Below, one piece after another: positions 7,192 through 13,448 of a DNA stretch of 13,448 nucleotides. Every line of letters starts with the position of its first letter. Position 1 is the first letter of the stretch. This DNA is from Pseudomonadota bacterium (GTDB lineage Bacteria; Bdellovibrionota_B; Oligoflexia; Oligoflexales; CAIYRB01). The notes beneath the pieces were generated by a model. It was not told where the DNA came from. It worked only from the letters and a program-made list of their open reading frames with translations, and did not search any database. Both the position numbers and the translations under genes were made by a program. The stretch spans positions 1-13,448 of the forward strand of contig JANOTL010000036.1 of assembly GCA_031416315.1 (NCBI GenBank). Direction: 5' to 3'.

Positions 7192-7833
7192 TCAGGGCCT
7201 GAGCCCGTCCGCCGCCCACCTTGTGAGCATGCCGAACTCGGCCGCGGTCAGCGGCTCCCGCGGTTTCGGCGGCATCCGCGCCGCCTCCGGTTTAGCGTCG
7301 ACGAGCAGGGCCGCCACATAAGCCTTCATGTCGCCGGCGCGGAACGGATAACTGGCGAAGTTCGTATGAGGCGAGCCGGCGTGGTGGCACTCGGCGCATT
7401 TCACCATTAGAATCGACAGCACGGCGCGCGCGAAGGACGTCTTGGTCGGATCGTTCGCCGGCTCGTCTGGCGCCGGCTCGTCCGGCGTCGGCTGGTCGGG
7501 CGCCGGCTTGTCGCCGGTGGTCTCGTTGGGCTGGTCCGCAGCGCCGGGGCCGTCGGGGCGGACGGGGCCGTCGTCAGCGCTTGCCGGGAGCGCGGTCGTG
7601 ACGGGCGTCGGATCGCCGTGGCCGCTGTTCGGCTCGTCACCGGCCGGCGCGGGACCTTCTTTCTGTGCAGTCGCGTCGTTGCTTTGCGCCTTGGCGCCAT
7701 CGCCGCGGAAGCGCGCTCCGTCGGCGTCGGACCCCGCGAAGCCGCAGCCGGTCACGAGCAGCAGCGCGGCGACGCCGACGGCGACACGGAGGCTGGCGGC
7801 GGTCGCGCTAGGGGCGGGGATTGAATTCGACAT
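7192..7833 (-). CDS. Monoheme c-type cytochrome lipoprotein with a Pro/Asp-rich linker, 213 aa
   Basis: Likely start ATG 7833 with GGAG upstream. Lipobox LVTG-C, then a low-complexity linker, CAECH, MPP (candidate distal Met) and L...E..ML.RW...G at the end. Confidence 0.8.
   Translation of the reverse strand: MSNSIPAPSATAASLRVAVGVAALLLVTGCGFAGSDADGARFRGDGAKAQSNDATAQKEGPAPAGDEPNSGHGDPTPVTTALPASADDGPVRPDGPGAADQPNETTGDKPAPDQPTPDEPAPDEPANDPTKTSFARAVLSILMVKCAECHHAGSPHTNFASYPFRAGDMKAYVAALLVDAKPEAARMPPKPREPLTAAEFGMLTRWAADGLRP
7456..7515 (-). repeat. Four 15-bp tandem repeats encoding D-[KQE]-P-[AT]-P
   Basis: cgccggctcgtctgg / cgccggctcgtccgg / cgtcggctggtcggg / cgccggcttgtcgcc on the + strand. 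Confidence 0.8.
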
Positions 7834-9079
7834 AGACGTCGGCTCCGTGCGTTTTCGGATCGTACTGCTGAACCAGGCCGCTCGCGCGAAAGCTCGGTCG
7901 CAGACGGCGGTTGTCCGTCGATGCTCCCTGGCAGGTCGTCGGATCCATGACGTGAAACGAGAAGATCTGATCGGAGCCCCATATGTCGCCGTAAAGCACT
8001 GCAGCCGGCGCGAAGTCCGCAATCGGGCGAAGCGCGTCCTTGTGACAGCGCGTGCAGGATACGTCGCCGACCTCGATGACCCCAGCCTCGAAGCCGACCG
8101 GGACGATCCCGTCAGCGGCGTTCGTGGCGGCGGCCCAAGTCGTCGCGGTGCCGTTTTTTTTCCAAGGCGAGGCGAATGCAGTGACGAACGGTGTGGTCGT
8201 CAGCAGCTCGTGGATCAGAGCCGGATCGCCGGCGTCGGGGAGCACGTCGAGAAAGCCGTCCTGCGTGAAGACGTCGCGGAAGTACGCCGAGTCGAGACGC
8301 TTGGCGACGAGCGTCGTCGGATCCTGCAGGTAGCGCATGAAAGCCGCAAGCTCCGGGTTGGCCGCACACTGGGGCCGCGCATTCGCAACTGCAGCCGCCA
8401 GCGACGCCGCGGTCGGGAACGGGCGGTATGCGTTCATCGCCCAGCCGTTCTTAAACTTCTCGCGGGTTCTCAGCTCGACCGGCACCCGGCGCCCCTCGCT
8501 GTCGCGCATGAAGATCATCTCGCCGAACAGGGTGCCCTTCGGGTAATGCCAACGCCACTCCACGAGCCCGAAGCCCGACCGCTGGCCGCGCTGGATGTAA
8601 TAGACGATCGGCAACGCGCGGCCGTCGACCTTCGGCAGGCTTAGGAAATCAACGACCTCCGTCCGGGCGTTGTCGGTCCCCGCGGTCGCGCCGAATGGGA
8701 ACGCGAAATCGTCACCGGAGGCATTGAAGGTCGGGCGCCCCTGCGGCACGATCAACTGCGCGCCGAAGCTGTTCGCGCGGCAGCCGACGGTCACGTCGGG
8801 AGCGATCGTGTCCTGATAGGCGGGGGGTATGACGTCGTCGTCGTACCACAGCGTGTCCTCGTCCTTGACGATTTGATTCAGTCGCTCATAGCCGAAGCGC
8901 GGCACGTCCTCGCGGTAGGCGGCGAGCGTCGCGGGATCGAGCAGCTGCTGGATCTGCACTGGCGCTTGCGCGCGGGCGTTTTCGGCGGCGAGAGTGACTG
9001 CCACGAGGCTAAGGAGCGGCTTGCTGACGCTGCGTGCAGTCCTCTTCAGATGAAGAGCCACGAGGATGCAACACGGCAT
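7808..9079 (-). CDS. Exported protein of about 400 aa with a single CxxCH heme-c motif (start uncertain)
   Basis: Long ORF with GC-rich third positions. Signal-like KRTARSVSKPLLSLVAVTLAAENARA|Q at the N-terminus and CTRCH near the C-terminus. It overlaps the next gene by 26 nt. Confidence 0.8.
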   Translation of the reverse strand: MPCCILVALHLKRTARSVSKPLLSLVAVTLAAENARAQAPVQIQQLLDPATLAAYREDVPRFGYERLNQIVKDEDTLWYDDDVIPPAYQDTIAPDVTVGCRANSFGAQLIVPQGRPTFNASGDDFAFPFGATAGTDNARTEVVDFLSLPKVDGRALPIVYYIQRGQRSGFGLVEWRWHYPKGTLFGEMIFMRDSEGRRVPVELRTREKFKNGWAMNAYRPFPTAASLAAAVANARPQCAANPELAAFMRYLQDPTTLVAKRLDSAYFRDVFTQDGFLDVLPDAGDPALIHELLTTTPFVTAFASPWKKNGTATTWAAATNAADGIVPVGFEAGVIEVGDVSCTRCHKDALRPIADFAPAAVLYGDIWGSDQIFSFHVMDPTTCQGASTDNRRLRPSFRASGLVQQYDPKTHGADVYVEFNPRP

Positions 9080-9341
9080 CTTTTTGGGCTTGGTTTGAAG
9101 ACAAATGGGGCCGCTGCATCTTGTGACGTGAGAAGTCGCGCGAGGCTCGGCGAAGTGCAGCTAAATGCGTCGAGCCAAATTTGACCGCAGGCGGCTGCGA
9201 GAGACCGTTTGGTGTGGTGATTTCGGTTGGTTGAAGCGACAACCAAGCGGTTATGAGAACATTGGCTCGCCCGCTCGCCCCTCTGTCCACCTGATTTAAC
9301 TTGTAATTTCGCCCCAAAAAGACGCAACAAAATGGAGCTGA

Positions 9342-9638
9342 ATGACGAACCATCCGTTCAGTCAAAGTCCGTTCATGACCGTCGAAGAAGTCGCCGCCTA
9401 TCTGCGCGTCCAAACATCGACCGTTTACGGTTGGAAGTATCGCGGCCTGATCGGCGCGCGAAAACACGGCGCGCGTTTGCTCTTCCATCGTGACGAGGTC
9501 GAGCGCTTTTCGTCGGCGAATCGCGTCGATCCGTTGCCGCCGATCTATGTTAACTTTCGAGCGACGTCGTCTTCGCCTGCTCAGGGCGCGCGCGACGGCT
9601 CTTTGAAAACCAAACGAGCTGCCGGCAAAGAGCCCTAA
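9342..9638 (+). CDS. xis: Excisionase-like HTH protein (HTH_17/MerR-like recombination directionality factor)
   Basis: FMTVEEVAAYLRVQTSTVYGWKYRGLIGARKHGARLLFHRDEVERF. It has a GGAG RBS and lies directly upstream of the integrase. Confidence 0.85.
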   Translation: MTNHPFSQSPFMTVEEVAAYLRVQTSTVYGWKYRGLIGARKHGARLLFHRDEVERFSSANRVDPLPPIYVNFRATSSSPAQGARDGSLKTKRAAGKEP

Positions 9639-9656
9639 GAATGCGGAGGCGTTCCT

Positions 9657-10805
9657 ATGGCAATCATGTCGGTAAAGACCAAGGACAACCAGCAACGTTG
9701 GCTTGTGCGAGTGCGCGACGGGAATGGAAAATGGTTTCGGGCTAAGCGTTTTCGCCGCAAACCCGATGCAGAACGATACGAGCGTGAGCTCGAGTCATTG
9801 GCGGATCAAGGCGGACTAGCTCAAGCTTCGGAGACACAACGCATCCTCTTCGGAACCTTTGCTGCCAAATGGTGCGCGGAGCGACGGTCGAAGGTATCGA
9901 GAGGTTGGCGCCTGACCCAGGATCAAATGCTCCGGGACTACGTGCTCCCAACTTTAGGGACGCGCAAACTGTGCGAAATCCGACCCGAGCACGTCGGTCA
10001 GGTCCTTCTGCAAATGCAAAAGGCAGGTCGCGGCGCGCAGCTTCAACTGCACGTCTACAACTTGATGAGCCGAATTTTCGGCCAAGCCGTCCGCTACTAC
10101 CGCGTCCTTTCCGAAAGTCCCGTCAGCGAGCAGGACAAGCCCGAGCCGCTAAAAGTGGAGAGGCCGCATCTCAATCCTGACGAAGCACGACGGCTCCTCG
10201 TCGCGTCCCGCGACCTTCCCATCGGCCCGGCCATTTGGCTCGCAACGTTGGCGACGATGCGAGCGAGCGAGATCCAGGCGCTCACGGTCGGCGCCATCGA
10301 CTTCGAGCGGGGCCAGATTCACATCAGAGCGGCGTTCAAGCGCAAAGTCCGCGAGATCGAGCCCTACCCGAAGCAGAGACGAGCGGGCCTGGTTCCGATG
10401 GCACCCGTGCTTGCAGATTACCTTCGCTCCAGAACGGCGGGAAAACGAGACGACGAGTTCGTGGTGTCGGGCGTGAATCAGGCGATGCTGGACCACCTGA
10501 CCTTTCTCGCTCGAGTCGTAGACCTCTGCAAGGAGCTGGGACTACCTCGAGTCACCCCGCACGGCCTGCGCCACTCCGGGACGGAGCTCTGGGTCGAGCA
10601 AGGAGCAAGCGAAGAGGATCTCGTCCGCCTTCTGAACCATTCGGGAGCGGCCGCGGTTCGTCGCTACATCCACCCCACGCACACGCGGCTTCAAGAGATC
10701 GCTCTCAAGATTCAGGTGCAAACGCCGGAGGTGACGCCGCCGCCTCGAGCTCCGACGCCGCCACTACCAACGAGCGGACCACCGCGGCTCCGGATCGTTC
10801 GATGA
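9657..10805 (+). CDS. int: Tyrosine integrase, 382 aa
   Basis: N-terminal arm-binding-like region (WLVRVRDGNGK..KRFRRK.DAE) and a core-binding domain (YVLPTLG.RKL.EI.P). The catalytic motifs MRASEI, HGLRH, LLNHS and RRYIH are intact. It has a GGAGG RBS and is adjacent to a tRNA. Confidence 0.95.
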   Translation: MAIMSVKTKDNQQRWLVRVRDGNGKWFRAKRFRRKPDAERYERELESLADQGGLAQASETQRILFGTFAAKWCAERRSKVSRGWRLTQDQMLRDYVLPTLGTRKLCEIRPEHVGQVLLQMQKAGRGAQLQLHVYNLMSRIFGQAVRYYRVLSESPVSEQDKPEPLKVERPHLNPDEARRLLVASRDLPIGPAIWLATLATMRASEIQALTVGAIDFERGQIHIRAAFKRKVREIEPYPKQRRAGLVPMAPVLADYLRSRTAGKRDDEFVVSGVNQAMLDHLTFLARVVDLCKELGLPRVTPHGLRHSGTELWVEQGASEEDLVRLLNHSGAAAVRRYIHPTHTRLQEIALKIQVQTPEVTPPPRAPTPPLPTSGPPRLRIVR

Positions 10806-10813
10806 GATCTCAT

Positions 10814-10832
10814 GTACACTTCCCGTTCACTT
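10814..10832 (+). promoter_or_regulatory. Putative integrase arm-type binding sites
   Basis: GTACACTT (10814-10821) and GTTCACTT (10825-10832), with an 11-bp period, between the int stop and the tRNA 3' end. Confidence 0.5.
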
Positions 10833-10885
10833 TTCCAGTTTTCGTGACGGGCGAACAGAGATCAGATCATCGTAAGGTATTGGAA

Positions 10886-10975
10886 TGGCGGAGAGAGTGG
10901 GATTCGAACCCACGTTACCGGTTAAGATAAACACGCTTTCCAAGCGTGCGCCTTCAGCCGCTCGGCCATCTCTCC
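10886..10975 (-). tRNA. tRNA-Ser (anticodon GGA), CCA encoded
   Basis: GGAGAGATGGCCGAGCGGCTGAAGGCGCACGC-TTGGAAA-GCGTG, a long variable arm, then GTGGG-TTCGAAT-CCCAC-TCTCTCC-G-CCA. Length 90 nt with discriminator G. Confidence 0.98.
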
Positions 10976-10992
10976 GTATGAAGGAACGCTAG

Positions 10993-11021
10993 TGTTTACG
11001 CCAAGATACGTTTGGGGTCAA
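10993..11021 (-). promoter_or_regulatory. Candidate sigma70 promoter of tRNA-Ser
   Basis: Minus-strand TTGACC (11021-11016), a 17-bp spacer, then TAAACA (10998-10993), ending 17 nt before the tRNA 5' end. Confidence 0.5.
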
Positions 11022-11181
11022 GAACTTTAAGTGGCCGGATTCACTCTCAAGTGGTCCAAAGGTGGCCCGGAGTTCTTATCGACTACCGACTAATCGGGAA
11101 GTGACTCAGCGTCGGACTAGTTTGATTGGGACGGCAGCCGCGCTTCGACGCCGCCGCTGACTGAAATGCGAGTTTCCGTAG

Positions 11182-11198
11182 CGCTCGGCCATCTCTCC
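11182..11198 (-). repeat. Exact duplicate of tRNA-Ser nucleotides 1-17 (putative att core)
   Basis: CGCTCGGCCATCTCTCC is identical to 10959-10975, and identity stops exactly at the mature 5' G. Confidence 0.85.
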
Positions 11199-11424
11199 TG
11201 GGAACAGAATCCCGCAGGTTGCGATCCTATTCGTTCGGCTAGGGGAACGGCTCCTGTAGCTCCTGGAAATACGAGAAGCTACCTAGCCAACTTAAACCAA
11301 TTTTCGCGAGAGCCGGTGGAATGCCGGTTTTTTCGCGTTCGCAACCAACTGATCTATTTGGACATATTCTTCAATATGCCATGGCTCGTAAAACTTTTTT
11401 GCGAAATCCCGATCCTGTTCAGTG

Positions 11425-12006
11425 ATGAGCAGAGGCGAAAAAAATGTGTTGGTCTTGGCGATGCTGGTGGCGGTGGCCGCTGGCTGCGGCCGTAGCTCCG
11501 TCACGGTTTCGAGCGAAGGTTCCGTGATCGTTCGGAAAAAGCCTTCGGTGGCGCCGACTTCGATCCCGAATCTCTTCTACGGCAATCGCACCCACCTCCA
11601 GTCGCACGGCGTCTTGATCATCTCCGCAGATCGGGACGGGATGCTCGGCAAGCAGGTCACGCGCGTTTGGAACGTCACCACTGGCCAGGACGTCGTCGAC
11701 CCGGCCATCTTCGAGACCTCGCTCGCGACGCGGGTGGCGCTCGGTGTCGTAGAGAATCGTCGAAAGTTTGAATACGGCGAGAACGAGCTGCAGATGGAGC
11801 TCGTCGACCCGGTGTCAGGCGATCCTTTCTTTAGCAACTGGAAGGTCGTCCTTCGTGACCACAGCGTCGGCCAGATTTCGCAAAATACGGCGACGATCTC
11901 AGGCGACGGCAGATCTGTCGGTCAAGTCGGGATTCTTTCCAACGGCGTCCAGGTCCAGGACGGCATCGTCCTGACGACGGGCTTCGTTTCGGGGGTGTTC
12001 CAATGA
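11425..12006 (+). CDS. Lipoprotein of unknown function, 193 aa
   Basis: [21 protein letters not shown] lipobox followed by a beta-rich-looking sequence. The stop overlaps the next start (ATGA at 12003-12006). Confidence 0.8.
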   Translation: MSRGEKNVLVLAMLVAVAAGCGRSSVTVSSEGSVIVRKKPSVAPTSIPNLFYGNRTHLQSHGVLIISADRDGMLGKQVTRVWNVTTGQDVVDPAIFETSLATRVALGVVENRRKFEYGENELQMELVDPVSGDPFFSNWKVVLRDHSVGQISQNTATISGDGRSVGQVGILSNGVQVQDGIVLTTGFVSGVFQ

Positions 12007-13448
12007 ATGCGGCGCGGCTTTGGACCTTGCTCGGAATGTTGGCGCTCGCCGCTTGGCCGTCTCTCGCACGCGCTGTCGAGAGCTTCGATTTCGTTTATAC
12101 CGGACGCGTCGCCGACGAAGAAGGCCGTCCGTTGACCGGCAGCGTCACGGTGACCGCCACGTTCTTCCATCAGGAAGTCGGCGGCGAGCCGATCCACACC
12201 TTGGATCAAAGCATCGAGCCCGTGACTCTGGCCGAAGGCGGCCTGTTCGAGGCGGTGATCGCGATCCCGGCCGCGATCTACGGCGAAATTTTCCCCGACG
12301 TGCGCCAGCCGGTGTTTCTCGCCGTGAGCGTCACCGCTGCCAACGGCCGCGTCGTCAAGTTCGCGCGGCAGCGCTTCTCGATCGTCCCCTATGCCGCGAA
12401 AGTGCCGGTCGACGCGAAGCTCTTCCGCTTCGACGCCGAGGGTCGCCTGTCGACGCGGACGCAACCGCAGCCGAACACGTACATGATGATCGACGCCACG
12501 GGGCAGCTTGCCTTCGTGGAAGCTCCGTCCACCGCCATCGGCGCCGAAGCTATCGGCACTGAAGCCCTCAAGCAGGACGCGGTCACCTCGGACAAGATCG
12601 CAGACGGATCGATCGGCGGCGCCGACGTCGCGAGCACGGCCGCGCTGACGATCGCGTCCATCGCAACGTCGACGCAAAACGCCGTCGAGATTCGGCCAGC
12701 GTCGCCGAGCGCGACCGGCGAGATGCGTTTCGTCGAGCTCTCCGCCGGCGGGACGGAGTACGTCGGGTTTAAAGCTCCCGATCTCGTCAACGCGACGATG
12801 GTTTGGACGCTCCCCAGCGCCGACGGCGGCGTCGGTCAAGTCCTTCAGACGGACGGTGCGGGCGCGCTCAGCTGGGCCAGCGCCGCGGTCGGTGCGACTG
12901 GCGCGACCGGCGTCACCGGTGCCGCTGGTGCGATCGGCGCGACGGGTGCCGCTGGTGCGATAGGACCCACAGGCGCCATTGGCGCCACCGGACTTGGAGG
13001 CGCGAATGGCACCAACGGGATCAACGGCGCCACCGGCGTTACGGGGCCGACCGGGCCTTCGGGCGTCAGTGGGACGAACGGCGCGAATGGCGTCACCGGC
13101 GCAACGGGCGTAACGGGACCAACCGGACCTTCGGGCGCCGATGGAACCAACGGCACCAACGGCACCAACGGCGCGAACGGCATCACGGGCGCGGCTGGCG
13201 TAACGGGACCCACCGGACCCACTGGTCTGACCGGCGCGATCGGCGTCACGGGCGCAACCGGCGTGACGGGATCAACCGGACCTTCGGGCGCCGATGGAAC
13301 GAACGGAACGAACGGAACTAACGGCGCGAACGGCGTCACCGGCGCAACGGGCGTGACGGGACCAACCGGACCTTCGGGCGCCGATGGCACGAACGGCGCG
13401 AACGGCGTCACCGGCGCAACGGGCGTAACGGGACCAACCGGTCCTTCG
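12003..13448 (+). CDS. Secreted collagen-like surface fibre/adhesin (partial, runs off the right edge)
   Basis: Not in the ORF track because it has no stop in the window. Signal peptide [25 protein letters not shown], then [55 protein letters not shown]...[22 protein letters not shown], and Gly-X-Y from 12891 onward. Confidence 0.92.
   Translation, partial: MNAARLWTLLGMLALAAWPSLARAVESFDFVYTGRVADEEGRPLTGSVTVTATFFHQEVGGEPIHTLDQSIEPVTLAEGGLFEAVIAIPAAIYGEIFPDVRQPVFLAVSVTAANGRVVKFARQRFSIVPYAAKVPVDAKLFRFDAEGRLSTRTQPQPNTYMMIDATGQLAFVEAPSTAIGAEAIGTEALKQDAVTSDKIADGSIGGADVASTAALTIASIATSTQNAVEIRPASPSATGEMRFVELSAGGTEYVGFKAPDLVNATMVWTLPSADGGVGQVLQTDGAGALSWASAAVGATGATGVTGAAGAIGATGAAGAIGPTGAIGATGLGGANGTNGINGATGVTGPTGPSGVSGTNGANGVTGATGVTGPTGPSGADGTNGTNGTNGANGITGAAGVTGPTGPTGLTGAIGVTGATGVTGSTGPSGADGTNGTNGTNGANGVTGATGVTGPTGPSGADGTNGANGVTGATGVTGPTGPS
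12891..13448 (+). repeat. Collagen Gly-X-Y region (62 triplets to the window end) with near-identical 54-nt blocks
   Basis: [16 protein letters not shown]... The block [18 protein letters not shown] recurs at 13080-13133, 13323-13376 and 13395-13448. Confidence 0.93.

Noticed and set aside
7442..8644. 400-aa plus-strand ORF
   Set aside because: Antisense shadow of the two cytochrome genes in high-GC DNA, with no recognisable motifs.
9009..9695. 228-aa minus-strand ORF
   Set aside because: Antisense to xis and the int start and spanning the intergenic region, with no motif support.
12845..13411. Pro/Val-rich minus-strand ORF and Arg-rich plus-strand ORFs (12020..12562, 12803..13321, 11922..12839)
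   Set aside because: They are off-frame or antisense shadows of the collagen-like gene starting at 12003.
13020..13448. CRISPR-like periodicity
   Set aside because: The repeats are in-frame collagen coding units with no unique spacers and no cas genes.

Overview
GC-rich bacterial DNA. The last gene resembles Bdellovibrionota/Oligoflexia surface fibres, but the taxonomy is inference only. The window has three parts. (1) Positions 1-7000 are a decaying accessory region: the 5' part of a HipA-like gene with two HipB-like operators, a BrnT/BrnA pair with a frameshifted toxin, an IS66 relic, a nonsense-disrupted hypothetical gene, an inactivated IS66, fragments of Sel1-like, SNF2-like, LysR and RelE/HigB genes, and one intact secreted Cys-rich protein. 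(2) Positions 7192-10805 hold two exported monoheme c-type cytochrome genes, divergent from an apparently intact excisionase and tyrosine integrase that converge on tRNA-Ser(GGA) at 10886-10975. (3) Positions 11425 to the end hold a lipoprotein coupled to a secreted collagen-like fibre that runs off the window. The most unusual signal is an exact 17-bp copy of the 5' end of tRNA-Ser, 206 bp upstream of the tRNA. The 206-bp spacer contains a candidate tRNA promoter and arm-type repeats, which suggests an att site at the tRNA 5' end. All family assignments come from motif recognition by eye; no database searches were run.
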